Shown one piece after another: positions 9,064-17,628 of a stretch of 64,000 bases of DNA. A model generated the notes under the pieces. It was not told the origin of the DNA. It ran no database searches and worked only from the letters and a program-made list of their open reading frames with translations. The translations under genes and the position numbers were made by a program. How positions within the stretch are numbered: the first letter of the stretch is position 1; each line of letters opens with the position of its first letter. Source of the DNA: an uncultured Armatimonadetes bacterium. GTDB taxonomy: Bacteria; Armatimonadota; UBA5829; DTJY01. Location of the stretch: the NCBI GenBank assembly GCA_963717145.1, contig OY970325.1:1216001-1280000 (forward strand), written 5' to 3'.

Positions 9064-12000
9064 ATGTCAGGGAAGGACCTGGTTCTTGGTATCGATGTTG
9101 GATCCGTGAGCGTCAATCTCGCTGTTTTGGCGAGAAACGGCGAGATCCTCGACACGACATATGTGAGACACAAGGGAAGGCCGATGCAGGTCACCGCCGA
9201 CGAGGTCGAAAAGATCTTGCATCAGTATGGCGACCGGATAACGGGCTGCGCAGCCACGGGCACGGGCGGTCGGTTGGTCGCCCGAATCTTCAACGGCATA
9301 TTTGTCAACGAGGTCATCGCGCAGGCCTCCGCCGCCGCATACCTCACCCCGGAGATCCGCACCGTCATAGAGATCGGCGGCGAGGACTCGAAGCTGATCT
9401 TCCTCAAGCCTTTGGAGTGCGGTGGCTCGACACCGCTTTCCAAGCTCGCTGACAGCGATATCGAGCGATCGCACTCCGAAAGCGGTGTCGAGCCACCGCA
9501 CTCCAAAGCGATCGCCGACTTCGAGATGAACACCGTCTGCGCGGCCGGCACCGGCTCATTCCTCGACCAGCAGGCGACCCGAATGGGCCTGAGCATCGAG
9601 GAGTTCGGCCAGCTCGCACTGAAGTCCGAGACGCCGCCGCGGGTCGCCGGGCGGTGCAGCGTCTTCGCCAAGAGCGACATGATCCATCTTCAGCAGAAGG
9701 CCACTCCCGTCCACGACATCGTCGCCGGGCTGTGCTTCGCGCTGGCCCGGAACTTCAAGAGCACCGTTGGCGCCGCGAAGCAGTTCGAGACGCCGATCGC
9801 CTTCCAGGGCGGAGTCGCGGCCAACCCGGGCATCGTCCGGGCGATGAAGAGCGTGCTCGGCCTCGAAGACGATGAACTCGTCATCCCGAAGGAGTTCGGC
9901 TGCACCGGCGCAATCGGCGCCGTACTGGTATCGCTGAGAGGAAACCTCCCGCAGCCCGACTTCGCCGCCGTAACCCAACTCAGATGCACTACGAGTCCGG
10001 GCCCTTCAGTGGCCGTGCTCTGCGATGGTTGCACATCCGGACTCCAGGGGGACAAGGAAGAGATTTCAGAGAAACCACTCAAGCTGGACAAGTCCGTCAT
10101 GCCTGCCGACAACTCCTGCGATCCACCCCCGACCGAGCGCATCCCCGCCTATCTCGGCGTCGACGTCGGCTCCATCAGTACCAACGTCGTCGTCATGGAT
10201 GCGCAGAAGCGCGTCCTCTCGAAGCGATACCTTCTGACTGCGAGCCGGCCGATCGAGGCCGTCAACCAGGGACTCAAGGAGGTCGGCGCGGAGGTCGGGC
10301 ATCTCGTCGACATCAGGGGCGCATGCACCACCGGCTCGGGCCGCTACCTCATCGCGGACTTCATCGGCGCGCGATGTCGTCAGGAACGAGATCACCGCTC
10401 AGGCGCGCGGCGCCGTCGAGATCGACCCGGAGGTGGACACCATCTTCGAGATCGGCGGCCAGGACTCCAAGTACATCAGCCTCAACAAGGGCGCGATCGT
10501 CGATTTCGAGATGAACAAGGTCTGCGCCGCCGGCACCGGCTCGTTCCTCGAGGAGCAGGCGGAGAAGCTTGGCATCAGCATCAAGGGCCAGTTCGGCGAC
10601 CTCGCCCTCAGTTCGGATGCGCCGGTAAACCTCGGGCGAGCGCTGCACCGTCTTCATGGAGACGGAGCTGGTCCGCCACCAGCAGGGCGGATCGGCGACT
10701 CGAGGACCTTGTCGCCGGTCTGAGCTACTCCATCGTGCGAAACTACCTCAACCGGGTCGTCGGCACCAAGCCGGTCGGGAACAAGATCTTCTTCCAGGGC
10801 GGAGCGCCGCCAACAAGGGCGTCGTGGCCGCGTTCGAGATGGTGACCGGCAAGCCGATCATCGTCCCGAAGCACCACGAGGTCACCGGCGCGCTCGGCTG
10901 CGCATGCCTCGCGATGGAAGCCGATGCCGGCCAAGGCAGCAGGTTCAAGGGCTTCGACCTCAGCGACCGGCACTATGAGGTCTCCTCCTTCGAGTGCAAG
11001 GACTGCTCGAACCACTGCGAGATCAACCGGGTCATCGTCGAGGGCGAGAAGCCGCTCTTCTACGGCAGCCGCTGCGAGAAGTACGACGTGGACCGCCGTG
11101 CGAAGGAGAACGCCGCTCTTCCCGGACCACTTCGCCGAGCGCGAGGAGATGCTGCTCGGCGCCATACGCCCCGTCGGAAGCCGCATCGCCGCGGACGCGC
11201 CCGCGCATCGGCATCCCGCGGGCGCTGCTCTTCTACGAGCTTTACCCGTTCTGGCAGGCCTTCTTCACGGAGCTCGGCTGCGAGGTCGTCGTCTCGGACG
11301 CGACCACCAAGGCGATCATCCACAACGGCGCCGAGCGCTCGGTCTCGGAGACCTGCTTCCCGATGAAGGTCGCGCTCGGACACGTGCTCAACCTGCTGGA
11401 CAAGGAGATCGACTTCATCTTCCTCCCGAGCGTCATCAACATGTCGAAGCCCGACGAGCGCATGACCGACAGCTTCGTCTGCCCGTACGTGCAGAGCCTC
11501 GTCTACACGATCAAGTCTTCCATCGACTTCAATGCGGCCAGGGTGAAGGTGCTCCAGCCGGTGATCTATCTCCAGTTCGGCCGGAAGCACCGAATCAAGG
11601 CGCTCGAGGAGGTCGGAAAGGCCGTCGGACGGTCACGCAAGCGATGTGGCGCGCGCAGTCGAGGCCGCCGAGGCGCATCTGGAGCGCTTCCAGGAGAAGC
11701 TCATGGCGCGCGGTCGGGAGCTGCTTGCCGATGTCGGGCCCGACGAAAAGGCGATCGTCGTCATCAGCCGCGCCTACAATACGTGCGATCCCGGCGCGAA
11801 CCTGGAGATCCCCCACAAGCTCCGCAAGATGGGCGTGCGATGCATCCCGATGGACTTCCTGCCGCTCGATTCCGTCCGCCTGCCCGAGGACTGGACGAAC
11901 ATGTACTGGCGCTACGGCCAGAAGATCCTCTCCGCCGGCGAGATCGTCGCCGACGACCCGCGGCTCTTCCCGCTCTACCTGACCAACTTCGGCTGCGGCC

Positions 12001-13390
12001 CGGACTCGTTCGTCCACAAGTTCTTCCGCGAGCGACTCGGGATCAAGCCCTGCCTGGTGATCGAGGTCGACGAGCACAGCGCCGACGCCGGGATGATCAC
12101 CCGTTGCGAGGCCTTCCTGGACAGCCTCGAACACGCAAGTCGAGAAGGCCACCGGCGCGAGGCATTTCCGCCAGGTCGCCATCGATCATGGGACACATCG
12201 GACCGTCCTGATCCCGAACATGAGCGCCCACGCCTATGCCCTCGCCGCCGCCTTCGAGTCCTGCGGCATGAAGGCCGAGGTGCTCCCGACCTCGGACGAG
12301 GAGACCCTGGACTGGGGCCGCCAGTACACGACGGGCAAGGAGTGCTTCCCCTGCATCGTCACGACCGGCGACATGGTGAAGTTCACGAAGCGCCCGGACT
12401 TCGATCGCGACAAGTACGCCTTCTTCATGGGCGGATCGGGCGGGCCGTGCCGCTTCGGGCAATACAACGCCCTCCAGCGCATGGTTCTCGATGAACTGGG
12501 CTACCCCGACGTGCCCATCTATGCGCCGAACCAGGCGTCGAGCTTCTACAACGACATCGGCATCGTGGGCCGCAAGCTCCTGGAGCAGGGCTGGCAGGGA
12601 ATCGTCGCCATCGACATGCTGGAGAAAGGCCTCCGCGAGACGCGACCCTACGAGCTTGTGAAGGGCTCGACGGAGGATGCCTTCGAGCAGGGCGTCAGGA
12701 TCGTAAGCGATGCTATCGCGGGTGATTCCGATCTAGTCCCCGCGCTGAGGGAGTGCCGCAAGGTATTCGAGACAGTGCAGGTCGATCGTAGCGTTCAGCG
12801 GCCGATCATCGGCCTCGTCGGCGAGTTCTACGTCCGCGCCAACGCATTCAGCAACCAGGACGTCGTCCGCAAGATCGAGGAACTCGGCGGCGAGGTATGG
12901 GGCGCTCCGCTCCTGGAGTGGTTCCTCTATCGCAACGTCCGCCGCGCAAATGCGGGCGCGGCTCGCCGGCGACCTGAAGCTCTGGGTCAAGAATCGGGTC
13001 ATGGACTTGTTCATGAAGAAGCACGAGCACGATTTCGCTCACGTCTTCGACGGGTACCTGCGCAACTGCCACGAGCCGTCGAGCAACGAGGTTCTCGAGA
13101 TGGCCGAGCCGTATGTCCATCGGAGCTTCGAGGGCGAGGCGATCATGACTGTCGGCAAGGCGGTGGACTTCGTGAACAAGGGCCTCGCGGGGGTCGTCGC
13201 GGTGATGCCGTTCACCTGCATGCCGGGGACGATCTCGAATGCGCTCCTGAAGCGGGTCCGCGAGGAGATGGGCGAGTTCCCGTTCCTGAACATGGTCTAC
13301 GACGGCGTCGAGCAGGCCACGAGTCAGACGCGCATCGAGGCCTTCATGCACCAGGCGAAGGAGTACGCGAAGCGGCGCTCCAGCTCGTAG
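9064..13390 (+). CDS. CoA-substrate-specific enzyme activase (two BadF/BadG/BcrA/BcrD ATPase domains plus DUF2229-like domains), split by several frameshifts
   Basis: Two copies of GxDVGS, EIGG.DSK and CAAGTGSF; ETCFPMK, NFGCGPDS, KECFPC and PFTCMPG lie in successive frames. Confidence 0.85.
9410..9508. repeat. REP family C element inserted in frame in the activase CDS
   Basis: Perfect 31-bp arms at 9410-9440 and 9478-9508; 99 bp = 33 codons. Confidence 0.9.
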
Positions 13391-13456
13391 CTCGTTCAAC
13401 GGAATAAGGGCCGCCGTCGAGTTCGGCCTGTAGAGTTCTCCCCCTCTGCCGGAGAC

Positions 13457-13657
13457 CTAAGCGTCGGGTGCGGAGGGATGAAGGGCTCGTCTGTTTGTAC
13501 GGCCCTCGATGATCATGCCGCTAAGGTCCCGTGGGGACTTCGCGAGGATTCGGCGGGCTTCATCCACTGATACCGCATTGATTGCCAGTTCTGACCACTC
13601 CAGAGTGGGAAGAGCAACCTGTCCAGCTATGCTTTTCTTTCTAGTTGAGCCCATCAC
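13457..13657 (-). CDS. small hypothetical protein, possibly antitoxin-like
   Basis: 66-aa ORF ending ..EARRILAKSPRDLSGMIIEGR; no firm family match. Confidence 0.25.
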   Translation of the reverse strand: MMGSTRKKSIAGQVALPTLEWSELAINAVSVDEARRILAKSPRDLSGMIIEGRTNRRALHPSAPDA

Positions 13658-13684
13658 TAATCACCAGTTCGCAATCCATACGGC

Positions 13685-13708
13685 AAAAAGCCCGCCGGAG
13701 CGGGCTTT
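13685..13708 (-). terminator. intrinsic terminator of tRNA-Met
   Basis: AAAGCCCGC-TCCG-GCGGGCTTTTT directly after the CCA end. Confidence 0.8.
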
Positions 13709-13715
13709 CGTGAGA

Positions 13716-13792
13716 TGGTAGCGGAGGGCGGACTCGAACCGTCGACGCCACGGGTATGAGCCGTGTGCTCTAACCAACTGAGCTACTCCGCC
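13716..13792 (-). tRNA. tRNA-Met (CAT), elongator type
   Basis: GGCGGAGTAGCTCAGTTGGTTAGAGCACACGGCTCATACCCGTGGCGTCGACGGTTCGAGTCCGCCCTCCGCTACCA forms a cloverleaf with encoded CCA. Confidence 0.93.
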
Positions 13793-13804
13793 ATGACCAT
13801 TGTT

Positions 13805-13834
13805 ATTCTACCATCAAGGCGGGCCGTTCGTCAA
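13805..13834 (-). promoter_or_regulatory. sigma70 promoter of tRNA-Met
   Basis: TTGACG-18-TAGAAT with a TGn extension, ending 12 nt before the tRNA. Confidence 0.75.
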
Positions 13835-13839
13835 CACTT

Positions 13840-15201
13840 CGAATTGCTTCACGAACGATGTTACCGAAACGGAAACGTTGCCTCAGATAAGAATGTTACC
13901 GAAACTGAGGCATGGAGAAGATGACAACTGCATCCGTAAGAGAAGTCGTGAGGCGCAAACGCAAAGAATATGGCAAAGCCACCAAATCGGAGAAGAAGCT
14001 GGTATTGAGTGAAGTCCAGGGATTGACCGGTTACCACAGGAAGTCGCTGGTGAGGCTGTTCGCGAAAGGAGTTCCACCAGCGAGGAGTCCAGTGAGACGC
14101 GCAAGGAAGTCGAAATACGAGCCGATAGCCCACAAGCTGAAGACACTCTGGGCTGCGAGTTTCTACGCGTGCGGTAAGCGTCTGCAGCCGTTTCTGACTG
14201 AGTTTCTACCCATACTGGAGTCATTCGGGGAGATAACGGTTACACCAGAAGAAGAGAGGCTGCTTAACTCGATCAGCGCGTCGAGCATCGACAGGTTGAT
14301 GAAGAAGGAGCGGTCTGCCCTATCGCTAACAGGGAGGACCTTAACAAAGCCGGGGACACTGCTTCGGTCTCAGATCCCGGTGAGGACGTTTGCCGACTGG
14401 GATGAAGCTGAGCCTGGGTTCTTCGAGATGGACTTGGTGGGTCATTGCGGAGGTGACGGGAGCGGAGAGTTCCTGTATACTTTGACTATGACTGATGTAG
14501 CGACCGGATGGGTAGCGCTTGATGGAATGAAAGGCCGAGGGGAGCACGGAACCGTGCTTGCGGTGCAGTCCGCGTCCAAGAGCGCACCGTTTGCAGTCAG
14601 AGGCATAGATACCGACAACGGCGGCGAGTTCATCAACCATCACATGAACAAGTACTGTCGAGCGCACAGGATCACGTTTACGCGCAGTCGGCCTTACAAG
14701 AAGAACGATCAATGTCATGTAGAGCAGAAGAACTGGAGCGTAGTCCGGCAGTTTATAGGTTACCGGCGATTCGAGACGGACGAGCAGCTTGCGGTACTAA
14801 AGGCGATATATCCGCTGATCGTGGCGTATCACAACTTCTGTCAGCCCATGATGCGTCTTAAAGAAAAGGAGCGGATTGGGAGTAAAGTGATCAAACGCTA
14901 TGAGCCTGCGATGACGCCGTACCGCAAGCTGATAAGTGTTGAAGGATGGCTTGACGATGAAGCAAAGGATCGCCTCGATAAAGAACGTAGAGCGACGAAC
15001 CCGGTGGAGCTACTAAGACGCATCCACAGGCTATCATCAAAGCTTGACAGGATGCCGAACAAAGACAGATCGAAAGCGAGCAAGGCGCGGCCCTGAGCGG
15101 CGATCAAGAGCCGATCTGACATACTTGAACACACTACTTGGTAACATTATCAATGACGCAACGAATGGCGTTTCGGTAACAAAGTTAAATGAGGCAACAC
15201 G
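13840..15201 (+). mobile_element. insertion sequence, copy 1 (1362 bp), with 5-bp TSD CACTT
   Basis: Boundaries set by identity with copy 2; CACTT at 13835-13839 and 15202-15206; imperfect IRs with repeated TTGCyTCA..TGTTACC units. Confidence 0.9.
13912..15096 (+). CDS. DDE transposase (integrase core; IS481/ISNCY-like, family uncertain)
   Basis: FEMDLV...DTDNGGEF...FTRSRPYKKNDQCHVEQKN catalytic triad. Confidence 0.9.
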   Translation: MEKMTTASVREVVRRKRKEYGKATKSEKKLVLSEVQGLTGYHRKSLVRLFAKGVPPARSPVRRARKSKYEPIAHKLKTLWAASFYACGKRLQPFLTEFLPILESFGEITVTPEEERLLNSISASSIDRLMKKERSALSLTGRTLTKPGTLLRSQIPVRTFADWDEAEPGFFEMDLVGHCGGDGSGEFLYTLTMTDVATGWVALDGMKGRGEHGTVLAVQSASKSAPFAVRGIDTDNGGEFINHHMNKYCRAHRITFTRSRPYKKNDQCHVEQKNWSVVRQFIGYRRFETDEQLAVLKAIYPLIVAYHNFCQPMMRLKEKERIGSKVIKRYEPAMTPYRKLISVEGWLDDEAKDRLDKERRATNPVELLRRIHRLSSKLDRMPNKDRSKASKARP

Positions 15202-15207
15202 CACTTG

Positions 15208-15744
15208 TCAGTCAAACGACCCCGTCGGAACGTCTCGGAAGATCGGCAGGTACGTCCGCCAAGTCTCATTCCGAGCGCCATCGAGATACTTAGTCAGGCT
15301 GATGAACGGAACATATCTCGGCTTTCGAGGCTGCTTCATCAGGTGCATGTTGACTTTGTCGAGCGTCTTGTCGCCCTTCTTCGAGTTGCACTTCTTGCAG
15401 CAGCAGACAAGGTTCTCCCAGGTGGACGTTCCACCCAGCCGCTTCGGGGTCACATGGTCGATCGTCAGCTCCCTGGCCTGAAAGCCGCAGTACTGGCACA
15501 TATAGTTGTCACGCGCGAACACGCTCCGTCTGGAGAGACGAAGCTCCGGCAGGGGCCGCTTGACGTGATGCCTCAGCTTCACGACCGATGGCGGGTCGAT
15601 CGCACCGTCGAGCATGTGTATCACACCGTCGTTTGTGTGCAAGACCTCGGCCTTGCCCAGGAAGACCAGGACAATCGCTCGGCGGAGATTGCACACATTG
15701 AGCGGCTCGTAATCGTTATTCAGCACAAGTACCTCTTGGCTCAT
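15208..15744 (-). CDS. HNH endonuclease (COG1403 type)
   Basis: VLVLNNDYEPL, RDNYMCQYCG, TIDHVTPKRLGG and WENLVCCCKKCNSKKG motifs; GAGGAG RBS. Confidence 0.9.
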   Translation of the reverse strand: MSQEVLVLNNDYEPLNVCNLRRAIVLVFLGKAEVLHTNDGVIHMLDGAIDPPSVVKLRHHVKRPLPELRLSRRSVFARDNYMCQYCGFQARELTIDHVTPKRLGGTSTWENLVCCCKKCNSKKGDKTLDKVNMHLMKQPRKPRYVPFISLTKYLDGARNETWRTYLPIFRDVPTGSFD

Positions 15745-15792
15745 ATCAGATACCCGGTTCTCCTCTCTACGGCAATTCCAGGAACCGCTAAC

Positions 15793-15825
15793 AAAAAACC
15801 CGCTATGCCATATGGCACAAGCGGG
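15793..15825 (-). terminator. intrinsic terminator inside the HNH leader (attenuator)
   Basis: CCCGCT-TGTGCCATATGGCAT-AGCGGG-TTTTTT located about 50 nt upstream of the HNH start. Confidence 0.8.
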
Positions 15826-15895
15826 CTACGAACACACCAATACATTTGACGGTTGACGGAATCGGAACACACCATCCTCGGTCAGTCGTAGCCGA

Positions 15896-16018
15896 TTAGC
15901 GCTCAAGCCGTCGAGACAGTCGGCGGCCGGACAATCCGGCGCCATCTCGGCTTTGCGACTGGTCAGCGTATCGTACAGGTCGACAACTCTGCGCACGGGG
16001 GGCGACTCCCATCAACAT
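15896..16018 (-). CDS. candidate 40-aa leader peptide (uORF)
   Basis: MLMGVAPRAQSCRPVRYADQSQSRDGAGLSGRRLSRRLER*; 9 Arg codons, 5 of them CGA; starts 12 nt after the -10 box. Confidence 0.35.
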   Translation of the reverse strand: MLMGVAPRAQSCRPVRYADQSQSRDGAGLSGRRLSRRLER

Positions 16019-16030
16019 TTCTTCTTTCGT

Positions 16031-16059
16031 ATTATACCAAGATTCTCGCGACTAGTCAA
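16031..16059 (-). promoter_or_regulatory. consensus sigma70 promoter of the HNH leader
   Basis: TTGACT-17-TATAAT with a TGn extension. Confidence 0.8.
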
Positions 16060-16064
16060 CGCGC

Positions 16065-17426
16065 CGAATTGCTTCACGAACGATGTTACCGAAACGGAAA
16101 CGTTGCCTCAGATAAGAATGTTACCGAAACTGAGGCATGGAGAAGATGACAACTGCATCCGTAAGAGAAGTCGTGAGGCGCAAACGCAAAGAATATGGCA
16201 AAGCCACCAAATCGGAGAAGAAGCTGGTATTGAGTGAAGTCCAGGGATTGACCGGTTACCACAGGAAGTCGCTGGTGAGGCTGTTCGCGAAAGGAGTTCC
16301 ACCAGCGAGGAGTCCAGTGAGACGCGCAAGGAAGTCGAAATACGAGCCGATAGCCCACAAGCTGAAGACACTCTGGGCTGCGAGTTTCTACGCGTGCGGT
16401 AAGCGTCTGCAGCCGTTTCTGACTGAGTTTCTACCCATACTGGAGTCATTCGGGGAGATAACGGTTACACCAGAAGAAGAGAGGCTGCTTAACTCGATCA
16501 GCGCGTCGAGCATCGACAGGTTGATGAAGAAGGAGCGGTCTGCCCTATCGCTAACAGGGAGGACCTTAACAAAGCCGGGGACACTGCTTCGGTCTCAGAT
16601 CCCGGTGAGGACGTTTGCCGACTGGGATGAAGCTGAGCCTGGGTTCTTCGAGATGGACTTGGTGGGTCATTGCGGAGGTGACGGGAGCGGAGAGTTCCTG
16701 TATACTTTGACTATGACTGATGTAGCGACCGGATGGGTAGCGCTTGATGGAATGAAAGGCCGAGGGGAGCACGGAACCGTGCTTGCGGTGCAGTCCGCGT
16801 CCAAGAGCGCACCGTTTGCAGTCAGAGGCATAGATACCGACAACGGCGGCGAGTTCATCAACCATCACATGAACAAGTACTGTCGAGCGCACAGGATCAC
16901 GTTTACGCGCAGTCGGCCTTACAAGAAGAACGATCAATGTCATGTAGAGCAGAAGAACTGGAGCGTAGTCCGGCAGTTTATAGGTTACCGGCGATTCGAG
17001 ACGGACGAGCAGCTTGCGGTACTAAAGGCGATATATCCGCTGATCGTGGCGTATCACAACTTCTGTCAGCCCATGATGCGTCTTAAAGAAAAGGAGCGGA
17101 TTGGGAGTAAAGTGATCAAACGCTATGAGCCTGCGATGACGCCGTACCGCAAGCTGATAAGTGTTGAAGGATGGCTTGACGATGAAGCAAAGGATCGCCT
17201 CGATAAAGAACGTAGAGCGACGAACCCGGTGGAGCTACTAAGACGCATCCACAGGCTATCATCAAAGCTTGACAGGATGCCGAATAAAGACAGATCGAAA
17301 GCGAGCAAGGCGCGGCCCTGAGCGGCGATCAAGAGCCGATCTGACATACTTGAACACACTACTTGGTAACATTATCAATGACGCAACGAATGGCGTTTCG
17401 GTAACAAAGTTAAATGAGGCAACACG
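16065..17426 (+). mobile_element. insertion sequence, copy 2 (1362 bp), no matching TSD
   Basis: Offset 2225 from copy 1; one synonymous difference seen (AAC 15058-60 vs AAT 17283-85); flanks CGCGC and CCCGG. Confidence 0.9.
16137..17321 (+). CDS. DDE transposase, same protein sequence as copy 1
   Basis: 394-aa translation identical to 13912..15096. Confidence 0.9.
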   Translation: MEKMTTASVREVVRRKRKEYGKATKSEKKLVLSEVQGLTGYHRKSLVRLFAKGVPPARSPVRRARKSKYEPIAHKLKTLWAASFYACGKRLQPFLTEFLPILESFGEITVTPEEERLLNSISASSIDRLMKKERSALSLTGRTLTKPGTLLRSQIPVRTFADWDEAEPGFFEMDLVGHCGGDGSGEFLYTLTMTDVATGWVALDGMKGRGEHGTVLAVQSASKSAPFAVRGIDTDNGGEFINHHMNKYCRAHRITFTRSRPYKKNDQCHVEQKNWSVVRQFIGYRRFETDEQLAVLKAIYPLIVAYHNFCQPMMRLKEKERIGSKVIKRYEPAMTPYRKLISVEGWLDDEAKDRLDKERRATNPVELLRRIHRLSSKLDRMPNKDRSKASKARP

Positions 17427-17500
17427 CCCGGAACCATGAGGCCGGGAACACCGTAGTACCAAGCGGGAGTCTACTCTATGTGAGTGGTCTGAGCGCACAC

Positions 17501-17590
17501 GGCCCCGGAGCATGTCCTTGACATGCTCGGGGGCCGCGAGAGCGGCGGGAGGGCATGTCCTTGACATGCTCGGGGGCGACTTCGTATACT
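17501..17590 (+). promoter_or_regulatory. tandem palindromes overlapping the putative promoter of the ABC operon
   Basis: GCATGTC-CTT-GACATGC occurs twice; the second TTGACA (17561) lies 18 bp from TATACT (17585). Confidence 0.55.
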
Positions 17591-17628
17591 TAGGCGTCGC
17601 AGCGGAAGCTGCTTTTTTTGCGCCTGTC

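Larger units (their letters stand above)
15793..16024 (-). ncRNA. candidate structured leader RNA / attenuator upstream of the HNH gene
   Basis: Bounded by promoter and terminator; stems 16003-16016/15852-15864 and 15947-15961/15883-15895; alternative pairing 15886-15893/15824-15831. Confidence 0.5.

Noticed and set aside
10360-12960. Pseudogenisation or programmed frameshifting of the CoA activase (also porA/B, glucokinase, BNR, DUF4838, pfp)
   Set aside because: Small indels cluster in patches, hit housekeeping genes, leave conserved motifs intact and show no slippery-site pattern. They are most likely long-read consensus errors; read polishing would decide.
13716-13792. Prophage or genomic island integrated at tRNA-Met
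   Set aside because: I saw no tyrosine or serine integrase and no duplicated tRNA 3' end; the IS lies upstream of the promoter.
15208-15744. IscB/Cas9-like RNA-guided nuclease
   Set aside because: Only 178 aa, with no RuvC or PLMP motifs; it is a stand-alone HNH protein.
15741-15875. Other small ORFs in the HNH leader (44 codons from ATG 15875; 14 codons from GTG 15870)
   Set aside because: RBS spacing is poor and one ORF runs through the terminator. They cannot be preferred without conservation data, though the 14-codon ORF ending at the terminator remains a possible leader peptide.
13840-17426. Composite transposon IS-HNH-IS carrying HNH as cargo
   Set aside because: The TSD flanks copy 1 alone (CACTT/CACTT) and the outer flanks (CACTT vs CCCGG) do not match. 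Independent insertions around a resident gene fit better, although the unit could mobilise in future.
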